This document shows, piece by piece, positions 49,863-59,351 of a DNA stretch of 64,000 nt. The DNA comes from a virus, in the IMG/VR virus record IMGVR_UViG_3300044630_004371, positions 1-64,000 of that record; one strand, written 5' to 3'. The translations under genes were made by a program, and so were the position numbers. How positions within the stretch are numbered: position 1 is the stretch's first letter; each line of letters begins with the position of its first letter. The notes beneath the pieces were generated by a model. The model did not search any database and was not told the DNA's origin. It was given only the letters and a program-made list of their open reading frames with translations.

Positions 49863-50180
49863 TTATTTATTTGAATTTTTTTCTAACTTTTCACACTCTT
49901 CCAAATAAGAACGGTAAGCGTCTCCTGTCCAGATATTACAGTCGTTTTCTAATAGATACTCTATTGATGTATCACCGCGTAAAAACCAAATAAGTTCAGT
50001 AACCATTGTTTTAAACGCCATCTTCTTGGTAGTCAACAATGGAAAACCATCACTCATTTTATGACGAATTTGTCTACCAAATACCGATAGCACTTCTCCA
50101 TTTCTGGTTTGTTTCTTTACTCCATTATCTAAGATGTCTTGGAGTAGGTCTGTGTAACTTTTATCTAATGTGTTACTCAT
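49863..50180 (-). CDS. thyA: Thymidylate synthase, N-terminal fragment
   Basis: [44 protein letters not shown]. Confidence 0.9.
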   Translation of the reverse strand: MSNTLDKSYTDLLQDILDNGVKKQTRNGEVLSVFGRQIRHKMSDGFPLLTTKKMAFKTMVTELIWFLRGDTSIEYLLENDCNIWTGDAYRSYLEECEKLEKNSNK

Positions 50181-50823
50181 AACTTTCTATTGTTTTATCG
50201 TTGTATGTTATTGTGATTAGTTTGGTTGGGATATTAAAATCATCTAAAAAGCGATGTGATGGTAATGCCATTCTATCCCATGGAAATTGTTTATCTTTTG
50301 GATAATAATCAAAACGGATACGCCATCTTTCTTCTTCACTTAACTCTCTTTCCGCAATCTTTAATCCCCACTTTTCACTGAACTCTGGATTGGTTTTACA
50401 TTCAAAAACAAAAAGTTCTTTTGTGGGGATGTCATCACAACCTAAAAAATAATTGTGGTAATTATCGTAAGCCTTATCCAATAAATCACTTTCCTCAAGT
50501 GTATTTTTCTGAATAGTTTGTTTTTCTATAGCTTTAAAGATTGAAAATTTTTTATTGGTATGTTTTAAATTATTTAAAACACCGCTCTCTTCCCATTTTT
50601 TTAAAATTTCTTCTTTTTCCCTTATAATTTTATTTTGAATATTAATACCAGCACTCCAATTTAACCACTTTATTACAAATAAATAAGTTATTTTATCATC
50701 TTCGGTTATCTTTCTCCAATCCAATTTTCGAAACCCAATAGTTGGGATTAAATAGCATAATTCTTCTTCTCCGAAATGTAAGCTAATTTTATCTGTTAAT
50801 GTAATATCGTAATTTTTTAACAT
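50173..50823 (-). CDS. Hypothetical protein; C-terminus resembles ThyA insertion segments
   Basis: AYDNY...[20 protein letters not shown]...RELSEEER...IPTKLI. Confidence 0.6.
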   Translation of the reverse strand: MLKNYDITLTDKISLHFGEEELCYLIPTIGFRKLDWRKITEDDKITYLFVIKWLNWSAGINIQNKIIREKEEILKKWEESGVLNNLKHTNKKFSIFKAIEKQTIQKNTLEESDLLDKAYDNYHNYFLGCDDIPTKELFVFECKTNPEFSEKWGLKIAERELSEEERWRIRFDYYPKDKQFPWDRMALPSHRFLDDFNIPTKLITITYNDKTIESYE

Positions 50824-50827
50824 GGTT

Positions 50828-51307
50828 TTAAGCTTCACTTGTTTCTGGTTGAGGGTTAGTTACTTTATAGTAAGCGGCCATTTTGCTTTCCAATTTACGA
50901 AGGATATCATTATCAACTTTTCCAGTGCTTATGTAGTTGGCAACCATAGCAGCCATAATTTCCATCATATTTTTAGAAACACCTTCAGTTGAAGCCTTTT
51001 CTTCAGCTACTTTCAGTTCATCAACTTCTTTTAAGATAGATTTAATAGTGTTTTCATCAAGCTTGTCCAATTTTTCAAAGTTGGTATATTTTTTCTTTAT
51101 GTAAGTGCTAAATGTTATCCCATTACTATCAGATGTTTCAAATCTTGTGTAGTCAGTTAATTCAACATTAGGATATTTGTATTGCCCTCCATTGTTAAAG
51201 ATTACTGTTAAGTCTTTGGTTAGTGTGTCAAATATTGAAGCGCAAATTGTTGAAGACGAATACATTGCCTTTATTTTTCCATTTTTTTCTTGTTTTTTAA
51301 TAATCAT
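50828..51307 (-). CDS. KTSC domain protein
   Basis: SSTI....D...KDL.V.FNNG.QYKY.NV....Y..F..S.S.G. Confidence 0.75.
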   Translation of the reverse strand: MIIKKQEKNGKIKAMYSSSTICASIFDTLTKDLTVIFNNGGQYKYPNVELTDYTRFETSDSNGITFSTYIKKKYTNFEKLDKLDENTIKSILKEVDELKVAEEKASTEGVSKNMMEIMAAMVANYISTGKVDNDILRKLESKMAAYYKVTNPQPETSEA

Positions 51308-51330
51308 TTAATCATTTATTTATTTATTTG

Positions 51331-51567
51331 TTATTTTGAATGAGTTTTATAAGCAGCGATATCCTTTAATGGGAAAATCTTACCAGTACTGGTCAAGGCA
51401 TCTTTTATTTCATCTCTTTCATCTATTATTACTATAATATAATCACCAGTTATCATAAGTCCACAGTCTTCAAAACTTATATTTATTGTAGATGGAAGAC
51501 TAGAATCGTCTGTTTTAAGTAATAATTCTACTTTTCCAAATTTGGGAGCCATGTTTGATGTCATCAT
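51331..51567 (-). CDS. Hypothetical protein
   Basis: Small ORF behind host-type promoter. Confidence 0.55.
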   Translation of the reverse strand: MMTSNMAPKFGKVELLLKTDDSSLPSTINISFEDCGLMITGDYIIVIIDERDEIKDALTSTGKIFPLKDIAAYKTHSK

Positions 51568-51579
51568 TTACTTTTTATA

Positions 51580-51645
51580 CAAAGATACTAATATTTATTT
51601 AAAGAATCAAGCACTTGTTAGATTAAAAATAATGTAGTATATTTG
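51580..51645. promoter_or_regulatory. Back-to-back divergent Bacteroidota-type promoters
   Basis: Minus: TTGATT-N17-TATCTTTG (51610-51580); plus: TTGTTA-N17-TATATTTG (51615-51645). Confidence 0.6.
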
Positions 51646-51659
51646 CATAAATTAAACCT

Positions 51660-54173
51660 ATGAATAGAGAGATTTACCCAAAGGTAAAATTGATAATTAC
51701 CCAATCAATGAAGGAGGCCAAGTCTTTTGATGATGTTAAAGTTAGACCAGAACACATAGTTATGTCTATTTTATTAGACGATGACAATGAATGTGTTAAA
51801 ATACTTAAAAAGTTGAATGTAAATACAATAGATTTGTATGATAAAATAAGTGAATATCTTAGGTTAAATGATTTAACACCTAGGGTTATTAATTCGACCA
51901 AAACCAAACTTCCTTTTTCTGATGAAACCAAATCGGTTATAAAAGACTTGGATAAAGAATGTGAAAAAATGAATGATAATATGATAGACACAACACATAT
52001 ATTGTTATCTATCTTATCAAAAAAATTACCATCGACCAAAATATTGAATGAGGTTTATGATATAAATTATAACAGTTTTATGAAAGAAATGAAAAAAATT
52101 AAAGATGGTTTTAAGGGCAACGTATACGGTGCGGCTTACGAAGGGGATGAAGGGGATGAACAAGAATCGTTAAAAAGAAAATCCAAACAAGTTGATGGAA
52201 AAAGCAAAACACCTGTATTAGATAATTTTTGTAGAGATATATCCAAGGCTGTGGATAAAGATGAAATAGACCCAGTTGTTGGTCGTAAAATAGAAATCAA
52301 ACGTGTTTCACAAATTCTATCTAGAAGAAAGAAAAACAATCCAATATTGATTGGTGAACCAGGGGTTGGTAAGAGTTCTATTGTAGAAGGTCTTGCTCAA
52401 CTCATCAAAGATGGCAACGCACCCAGAACACTTATTGGTAAGAAAATATTCATGTTGGACCTAGCATCACTGGTAGCTGGTACCAAATATCGTGGCCAAT
52501 TTGAAGAAAGAATGAAAGCTGTTTTGGAAGAATGTAAAGCCAACCCAGACATCATTTTATTTATTGATGAATTACACACAATCATTGGTGCTGGTAATGC
52601 GTCTGGTTCGCTAGATGCTTCAAACATATTTAAACCAGCGTTGGCACGTGGTGAAATACAAATAATTGGTGCTACTACTCTTGATGAATATCGTGAGAAT
52701 ATTGAAAAAGACGGTGCTTTGACAAGACGTTTCCAACAAGTATTAGTTGAAGAACCTACACTTGAAGAAACCAAAATTATCCTTATGAACATCAAGGATA
52801 AATACGAAAAACATCACAAGGTAAAATATACTGAAGAAGCTATTGATGAGTGTGTTAAATTAGCAGACCGTTATATCACGGAAAGAAGTATGCCAGATAA
52901 AGCTATTGATATCATGGATGAAGCTGGTGCGTCAACCAATGTAACGCTTGAAAAACCAGAAGAAATGAAACAACTTGAAGCTAAAAAGCTTGAAATAAAC
53001 GAAAGAAAGAAAGAAGTTGTTATAAAACAAAAATATGAAGAAGCTGCCAAGCTTAGAGATGAAGAAAAAAAAGTAATTGAAGAGCTTCAAAATGTTATGA
53101 ATAAATGGAACGAAAGACTTGAAAAGAAAACTACCGAAGTTGGTGTTGAATTGATTTCGGAGGTTGTGTCTATGATGACTGGTATTCCTTTGACCAAAAT
53201 TTCTTCTCAAGAAAGCAAACGTCTGATGAATATGGACAAAGAACTCATGGGCAAAATTATTGGCCAAGATGCCGCTGTTAGCAAAGTGGTTAAAGCGATA
53301 AAAAGAAGTAGATTGGGTCTTAAAGATAAAAACAAACCAACAAGCTTTATCTTTATGGGTGGTAGCGGTACTGGAAAAACCCTATTAGCTAAAAAAATAG
53401 CTGAAAAATTATATGGAGATGTTGATTCTTTAGTTAGATTTGATATGAGTGAATACATGGAGAAACATTCCGTTTCAAAATTAATAGGTTCCCCAAATGG
53501 TTATGTTGGTTATGAACAGGGTGGTCAATTAACTGAAAAAATAAGAAGAAAACCGTACTCAATCATTCTATTAGATGAAATTGAAAAAGCACACGAAGAT
53601 GTTTTTAATATATTCTTACAAGTTTTTGATGAAGGTCATTTAACTGATGGATTAGGTAGGAAAGTTAATTTTAAAAATACCATTTTTATTATGACCTCTA
53701 ATATTGGTGTTAAAGAATTAAATTCTTTCGGTTCATCTCTAGGTTTTCAAACTACAGATACTATCTTAAACCAAGAAAATAGAAATAAAAATATACTAGA
53801 AAAAGCTTTAAAAAATAAATTTAAACCAGAATTTTTAAATAGAATTGATGAAATCATTATATTTAAAGGTCTTTCATCAGAAGACATACATAAAATAATT
53901 TATCTTGAGATTGAAAACCTTGAAAAACGTTTATTAGAAATGAATTTTAAGTTAAAAATTTCAAAAGAAGCTGTAGAATATTTAGCAAAACAAGGTTATG
54001 ATGAAGCTTATGGTGCTAGACCAATAGCTAGGGCCATCCAACATTATGTTGAAGATGCAGTGGCCGATGAAATCCTTAACGGAAACATCAAAGAAGGTGA
54101 AACCATAACCATAGGATTTGAAGTTGAAAAAGAACAAATAACCATTAAATCAAACAAAACAAAAACAAAATAA
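51660..54173 (+). CDS. clpC: ClpC-like AAA+ chaperone
   Basis: Clp N-domain, [39 protein letters not shown]-type middle region, [32 protein letters not shown]. Confidence 0.92.
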   Translation: MNREIYPKVKLIITQSMKEAKSFDDVKVRPEHIVMSILLDDDNECVKILKKLNVNTIDLYDKISEYLRLNDLTPRVINSTKTKLPFSDETKSVIKDLDKECEKMNDNMIDTTHILLSILSKKLPSTKILNEVYDINYNSFMKEMKKIKDGFKGNVYGAAYEGDEGDEQESLKRKSKQVDGKSKTPVLDNFCRDISKAVDKDEIDPVVGRKIEIKRVSQILSRRKKNNPILIGEPGVGKSSIVEGLAQLIKDGNAPRTLIGKKIFMLDLASLVAGTKYRGQFEERMKAVLEECKANPDIILFIDELHTIIGAGNASGSLDASNIFKPALARGEIQIIGATTLDEYRENIEKDGALTRRFQQVLVEEPTLEETKIILMNIKDKYEKHHKVKYTEEAIDECVKLADRYITERSMPDKAIDIMDEAGASTNVTLEKPEEMKQLEAKKLEINERKKEVVIKQKYEEAAKLRDEEKKVIEELQNVMNKWNERLEKKTTEVGVELISEVVSMMTGIPLTKISSQESKRLMNMDKELMGKIIGQDAAVSKVVKAIKRSRLGLKDKNKPTSFIFMGGSGTGKTLLAKKIAEKLYGDVDSLVRFDMSEYMEKHSVSKLIGSPNGYVGYEQGGQLTEKIRRKPYSIILLDEIEKAHEDVFNIFLQVFDEGHLTDGLGRKVNFKNTIFIMTSNIGVKELNSFGSSLGFQTTDTILNQENRNKNILEKALKNKFKPEFLNRIDEIIIFKGLSSEDIHKIIYLEIENLEKRLLEMNFKLKISKEAVEYLAKQGYDEAYGARPIARAIQHYVEDAVADEILNGNIKEGETITIGFEVEKEQITIKSNKTKTK

Positions 54174-54174
54174 C

Positions 54175-54201
54175 AAAAGGCCCAATTTTTTGGGCCTTTT
54201 T
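54175..54201 (+). terminator. Intrinsic terminator after clpC
   Basis: AAAAGGCCCAA-TTTT-TTGGGCCTTTTT. Confidence 0.8.
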
Positions 54202-54214
54202 GATATTTATAGTT

Positions 54215-54616
54215 ATGAAACCAATAATTAAACAACTTTTAAGAGAAAGATTGATGGGAAAAGAAGAGGCTGATTTAAGAGCAGTTGCTGATTTTGTCAA
54301 CTTTGCCAAAGAATTTTTAGGTATTACAGATGATATAAAAATTAAATTGGCGTTTGAAAGAACATCAGACCTTAAAACAACAGCTTATTACAGCATGTTG
54401 GGTGAGTTGGTTGTCTACGCCAAAGATAGGGCTATTATCGATATCTGTCGTTCAATTGCACATGAATTGGTTCACCATAAACAAAACCTTGAAGAGCGAT
54501 TGGTCAACGCTGTTAAAGACGGTGAAGACGGAAGTCCTATTGAAAACGAGGCCAACGCTGTAGCTGGTGTCATTATCAGAAAGTATGGCAAAATAAAACC
54601 AGAAATTTATATATAA
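54215..54616 (+). CDS. Small HExxH (zincin-like) protein with IKQLLRE leader
   Basis: MKPIIKQLLRE; IAHELVHHKQ...ENEANA; ATATTTAT at 54203-54210. Confidence 0.7.
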   Translation: MKPIIKQLLRERLMGKEEADLRAVADFVNFAKEFLGITDDIKIKLAFERTSDLKTTAYYSMLGELVVYAKDRAIIDICRSIAHELVHHKQNLEERLVNAVKDGEDGSPIENEANAVAGVIIRKYGKIKPEIYI

Positions 54617-54667
54617 AAAATGTGGTACATATTAAAAACATAATATAAAAGTTAAAACCAAAAATTT

Positions 54668-55543
54668 ATGTATAATACAAAGTTATTATTAAAAGAAGAA
54701 TTGATGCTCAATGATAGAAAAAATCTATTATCCGAGCATTCTATTTCTTTAATTAATAATCAAGCGTATGTAAACCATGTCTTGGGTATTGACTGTGTCT
54801 TAAATGAACACAATTCATTGAGCTTAAGACGAGCAATCATCAATGAACAATTGATTGCTGAGGCGATGCTGGATTCAATAAACAAATACATAGGTATTGC
54901 TTATGAAAAAGGCAAAGAAAAAACCCTAGAAGTTGTTGATAGCATAAAGAATTTAAAAGACATAGCAAAATTGGTGAAGGATTTAATGTTGGACCCAGAC
55001 TTGATGCGGACAGCTCTTAATCACCTTCAAATAAGTTTGGTCGATACCATGAAACGCATAACGGATAGTGTAACCAAGATATTAACCACTATAAAGTTTA
55101 ATATAGAGGGGTTTACTGATAAATTTAGCAAGTTGATTGAACATATAAGCAATGTAAGTGAAAAACTACTTAGTGAATCAGGGTGGACAGGTTTTCTAAT
55201 CATCCTATCCTTTACGACCTTATTGGCTTATTTAGAGAAAACTTATATTGATGGAATGTTAACAAAAGGATTGGACTTTATTACTAAAAATGCTGGTATG
55301 GTTTCTATGATAGCAAATATTTTTGATAAATTCAAAGAACTTAAAGGGTTGGTTTTAAGTGCAGTAGACATCAAACCAATTCTTTCTTGGTTTGCCAGTG
55401 TAGGTGTCGGAGCAGCAGCTGGGGCTACAGTCGGAGCAGCATTCGCAGCCGTAGATATAATAAATTTAATGGGTAAAATATTAGCACCAGTTATCAAATC
55501 AATCGATTGGGGTAAAAAATTACAAAAAAAACCACAAGTTTAA
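54668..55543 (+). CDS. Hypothetical protein with hydrophobic helices
   Basis: LSE/LNE/INE sites at N-terminus; GWTGFLIILSFTTLLAY and Gly/Ala-rich C-terminal helix. Confidence 0.6.
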   Translation: MYNTKLLLKEELMLNDRKNLLSEHSISLINNQAYVNHVLGIDCVLNEHNSLSLRRAIINEQLIAEAMLDSINKYIGIAYEKGKEKTLEVVDSIKNLKDIAKLVKDLMLDPDLMRTALNHLQISLVDTMKRITDSVTKILTTIKFNIEGFTDKFSKLIEHISNVSEKLLSESGWTGFLIILSFTTLLAYLEKTYIDGMLTKGLDFITKNAGMVSMIANIFDKFKELKGLVLSAVDIKPILSWFASVGVGAAAGATVGAAFAAVDIINLMGKILAPVIKSIDWGKKLQKKPQV

Positions 55544-55547
55544 AAAT

Positions 55548-56762
55548 ATGCCATATACTCATAGAAAAGTAGGAGACAAACAATGCGTCTATAAAAAATA
55601 CACAGGTTCCAAGGTTGGTTGTACAAAAGGTGATGTGAATAAATATCTAGCCGCATTACACGCCAATGCCAATGAATCAGTAACAGAATCCAACACTTTA
55701 AAAGGTGGCAGTGATACAAAATATCCATACCCTATTTATAAAGGTGATGTATCAACATTAAAAACAGATGGTGAAGGGGTATCTTTTTTCACAAGAGATA
55801 AAGAAGCTGCCGATTACTATACTTCTTCAAGACAACAACAAGGAATAAGTCCTAAAACAAATAGCACATTTAAGGGATATTTACATACAAAAAACCCTTT
55901 GATTGTAGATGCTTTAAAACCAAGTCCTATAGAATTAAAAGACGCAAATGGAAATGTATTAGGTATTTTTGGACAGGGTGATTATATCCAAGCAGTAAAA
56001 GATGCTGGGTATGACGCAATCATAATAAATAAAAAATTCGGCACCCATTTAGATGGATGGGAAATCATCTCGTTCGATAGGAAACAAATAATACCAAAAA
56101 CAATGGATTCAATTACGGAAATTAACAAACTTAAAGGTGGCAAGTCTGATAAAATGTCTGTTGAAAATATAGCAAAAAAGTTTAAGGTATCAGTTGGTAA
56201 AATACAAGCTCAAATACAAAAGGGTATCAAGATTGAAATGGAACATACTTCCGATAAAGAAAAAGCGACAGAAATAGCCATGGACCACGTATCTGAATTC
56301 CCAGATTACTATGATAGACTTATTAAAATGGAAAAGAAAGCCGATAAAAAATGGGCTCTAGATGAAAATAAAAGTCTAATTAAACGTTTATTAAATGAAA
56401 ATTTAAATAAGAGAGAATCTTTAAATAATTTATTATTAAATTTTGGAATGTTAACAACGCTGGGTTTTTCACAAATAACTAAAATGGGTAAAGATGAAGA
56501 AGCAACCAAGGAATTAACTTTAATGATGCAAAACATTAGAAAACCAATAATAAATGGAATGCCATATGTTAAATTAATAGAAAATATAAATGTATTGGTA
56601 AATAATCCAAAATTACTTTCAGCTGTTGTTAATAAAGTTAGAGAATTTTTAATCTACATAAAACCAAGGATAATTAAATATGTTCAAGATAGTGATGTTA
56701 AAACTAATTGGTTGGGGAAAATTGAGAATTTAGAAAAACTATATTTGGAAGTAATAAAATAA
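55548..56762 (+). CDS. Modular protein: ADP-ribosyltransferase-like module + DUF5661-like module + IKRLLNE module
   Basis: YKG...FFT....A..Y...YL..KNPL...GYDAIII...EIISF...QI (ART-PolyVal-like); KGIKIEMEHT.D...A.EIAMDH..E.PDYY. Confidence 0.6.
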   Translation: MPYTHRKVGDKQCVYKKYTGSKVGCTKGDVNKYLAALHANANESVTESNTLKGGSDTKYPYPIYKGDVSTLKTDGEGVSFFTRDKEAADYYTSSRQQQGISPKTNSTFKGYLHTKNPLIVDALKPSPIELKDANGNVLGIFGQGDYIQAVKDAGYDAIIINKKFGTHLDGWEIISFDRKQIIPKTMDSITEINKLKGGKSDKMSVENIAKKFKVSVGKIQAQIQKGIKIEMEHTSDKEKATEIAMDHVSEFPDYYDRLIKMEKKADKKWALDENKSLIKRLLNENLNKRESLNNLLLNFGMLTTLGFSQITKMGKDEEATKELTLMMQNIRKPIINGMPYVKLIENINVLVNNPKLLSAVVNKVREFLIYIKPRIIKYVQDSDVKTNWLGKIENLEKLYLEVIK

Positions 56763-56797
56763 AAGCTCAAATTAAAAAGGGTTGAAAAAAATGGGTA

Positions 56798-58528
56798 ATG
56801 AAAAAAAAAATAAATGAACGTGAAATTGATGGGGATATGGTTATTCATTTCATCAAAATTTTGGAAAAATCAAATATAGTCCCACGTGATTCATATAAAA
56901 ACACAAAATTAATAGAAACGATAACAGCAATCATATCAATGTCTGAAAACGATTTTTATAATTATATAAAGGAAAACCCTAATCGTAATGTTCAAATGAT
57001 TCGAACTGAATTCAATGATTGGAAACAAGTATATGGTAAGATTAGTGAAGGTGTGAAAAATTATCTTGCAACAGCAGCGTTAGGTTTAGGTTTAATGGGA
57101 ACCCCTAACATCACAAAGGGTTCAAATTTAACACAAATAGTTCAAAATCAATCACATAAAATTTTAAACACGGTAAGTTTCGATGCTTATCAACCAACAT
57201 CAAACCCAGATTTAGATTTGGTTCATGGTGCTTTAGGTTCAAATAGGTTACAAGATGATTTTGAAAAAAGAGTTGAACAAGAATTGTCAAGGCAAGTAAA
57301 AAATGGCAATACACCTAGTGTGTCTAATATACAAGTAAAAACATATGTACAAGGTGATAGAATAATAACCAAAGCATCTTGTGATATCATTCAATCTGAG
57401 GATGGAATTGCCTATACACATTTCACAACTAGGGGTTCAATAGGTTCCAATTATGATAAAAGACATGATATCCAAATAAATGGACTAATTAACAGATTAG
57501 AAAACTACTACGGGGGAGTTGCTAAACAAATTGGTAACCCTATTGATATTTCTTTTACATTAAACGGTAGTATTATAACCTATAGACAAAGTTTCTTTGT
57601 TGCATCCGATACCAAAAGTCTAATAAAAATAAATTTTGAAAGTAAAGAAATTATTGGTTCCGATATTAATGATTTGAGAAATAAATTAAATTCGGAAACG
57701 CAAAACATTTATATAGACGTTAACTCTATTAATGTTGATATGAATAATTATAAAATATCCTACAAAATTGGTAATGTTAAAATATATAAAATTTCTTTAT
57801 TATTTGACGATTCTGGTAATTTACAAAATAGATTGAAAAATGTAAAGATACAAAACCAAACCTTTAAAGAAATTAAAGTGGGCAAGGTAGGTAATTTAGA
57901 ATGGGTTGTTGGTTTAATACCTTATGAAGAAAAAGTAAATGAAGGTACCAAATCTTTGATTAAACGTATTATTCGTGAGAAATTTGAAATAGTTAAAAAT
58001 GTCCTTGATATTCAAGAACCATTTGATTCTATGAAAATTATTAAAATTAACGGTAGAAATGTTTATGTGTTATTTGGAAATGTTGATTATTATGAAAATA
58101 AAGAATCGATTCTAGCATTAAAAAGAAAATCTAATGATATCTCCATTAATCACGATAATTATCATAAATTTTTAATAGAAGCAAAAAATAGATTTTTTAG
58201 TATTCCAGAATTAAAAAATGTTGGAACTGTTATCTCAATTGAAACGACAGCCCCGATTACTGATGAATTATCTGATGCGCTTAACCTTCCTTATAAAAAA
58301 CATGGGTTTTTAAAACAAAATTCAAATTTCAAAATGAAAGACGTACCCTTAGATAAACGTTCAGAAGTTAAAAATTTATTTAACCTAAACTTTGATATCA
58401 AAAATAATGAATCAATATGTATTCTAGATGATTTTATAACGACTGGAACATCATTTAAAAATGCGTTTAGTCTATTACCAAACAATGTTGATTCTGTTGG
58501 TGTGTGTTTATTTATTTTAAAAAGCTAA
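56798..58528 (+). CDS. Modular protein with C-terminal phosphoribosyltransferase-like domain
   Basis: ICILDDFITTGTSF PRPP-binding loop; internal ISE-GVKNYLATAALGLGL and VNE-GTKSLIKRIIRE junctions. Confidence 0.6.
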   Translation: MKKKINEREIDGDMVIHFIKILEKSNIVPRDSYKNTKLIETITAIISMSENDFYNYIKENPNRNVQMIRTEFNDWKQVYGKISEGVKNYLATAALGLGLMGTPNITKGSNLTQIVQNQSHKILNTVSFDAYQPTSNPDLDLVHGALGSNRLQDDFEKRVEQELSRQVKNGNTPSVSNIQVKTYVQGDRIITKASCDIIQSEDGIAYTHFTTRGSIGSNYDKRHDIQINGLINRLENYYGGVAKQIGNPIDISFTLNGSIITYRQSFFVASDTKSLIKINFESKEIIGSDINDLRNKLNSETQNIYIDVNSINVDMNNYKISYKIGNVKIYKISLLFDDSGNLQNRLKNVKIQNQTFKEIKVGKVGNLEWVVGLIPYEEKVNEGTKSLIKRIIREKFEIVKNVLDIQEPFDSMKIIKINGRNVYVLFGNVDYYENKESILALKRKSNDISINHDNYHKFLIEAKNRFFSIPELKNVGTVISIETTAPITDELSDALNLPYKKHGFLKQNSNFKMKDVPLDKRSEVKNLFNLNFDIKNNESICILDDFITTGTSFKNAFSLLPNNVDSVGVCLFILKS

Positions 58529-58568
58529 ATCAATTGTATAAACATATTCAAATGATTTTTATAAGTGT

Positions 58569-58841
58569 TTAAGCCAATTTAAATTCAAAATCATTTGCGT
58601 AAAATCTTTTCGAACCAAATTCAACAACATATTCACCACTAGTTTCCCTACCAATGTATTCACCTTTCATACTTGGGGTAATCGTTTTATCACCAATTTG
58701 CTTTTCTTCACCAACCCAAACAATTTCATCACCTCTTTTTAATTCTACACTTTCTTTTATTATCATTTTAGTTTTCAAGTATCTTTTTTCAACCAAAATA
58801 TTGGTTTTACTTATGTTTAATTTTTTATCTGATTTTCTCAT
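58569..58841 (-). CDS. Hypothetical protein
   Basis: ORF with ATATTTAT motif at 58856-58863; IKE site before SH3-like beta module. Confidence 0.6.
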   Translation of the reverse strand: MRKSDKKLNISKTNILVEKRYLKTKMIIKESVELKRGDEIVWVGEEKQIGDKTITPSMKGEYIGRETSGEYVVEFGSKRFYANDFEFKLA

Positions 58842-58880
58842 AGTATCTTTTTAATATAAATATCTTATGGTTGTTAAAAA

Positions 58881-59351
58881 TTACCCCCCAATATACTCAT
58901 GACTACCACATAGTCTTTTATTATCAGCGTAATGACCCTTGAATATATTATTATGTGTTATGTCTAATCTAAGTTTTTTATTCTTACTTGTAGGTTTCCA
59001 CAAAGGAGAATTCTCTCGATACCAAACCATTCGTGGATGTGCAGTACGACTAAAATATCTATGACCTTGGTCTATGTGTATCTGACCTATTGCATCTGAA
59101 AATCTAACACCAATCCCCATACCTTGATAATCTGGAAGAATACAAGTTCGATGACCACGCCATGCTTTTTTTAGTGCACCGTTGGGTAAGGTTAGTGTGG
59201 CCCCAAAAGCAACCACTTGGTCTCCCCAAACACCTATATAACATCTGGAAGCTTTGTTTATGTTGCCATCTAAATAGTGATGGTCTTTAAACATTCGCCA
59301 ACTATCATAGTTTGTCCGATATATTTTGATAGTGATTTCTGGTCGGACAAA
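58881..59351 (-). CDS. GNAT acetyltransferase domain (probably reached by -1 frameshift from upstream ATPase)
   Basis: RPEITIKIYRT..W.MFKDHHYL, HRTCILPDYQGMGIG acetyl-CoA-binding motif. Confidence 0.75.
   Translation of the reverse strand, partial: FVRPEITIKIYRTNYDSWRMFKDHHYLDGNINKASRCYIGVWGDQVVAFGATLTLPNGALKKAWRGHRTCILPDYQGMGIGVRFSDAIGQIHIDQGHRYFSRTAHPRMVWYRENSPLWKPTSKNKKLRLDITHNNIFKGHYADNKRLCGSHEYIGG

Noticed and set aside
49058-49863. Group I intron in thyA (T4 td-like)
   Set aside because: Only 56 nt (5') and 4 nt (3') of non-coding sequence, no recognisable P3-P7 core; both exon-like parts have their own start and stop.
33820-53458. Many short antisense ORFs in the track (e.g. 33820..34188, 37783..38130, 42200..42670, 52397..52795)
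   Set aside because: Shadow frames of well-supported genes with low-complexity translations.
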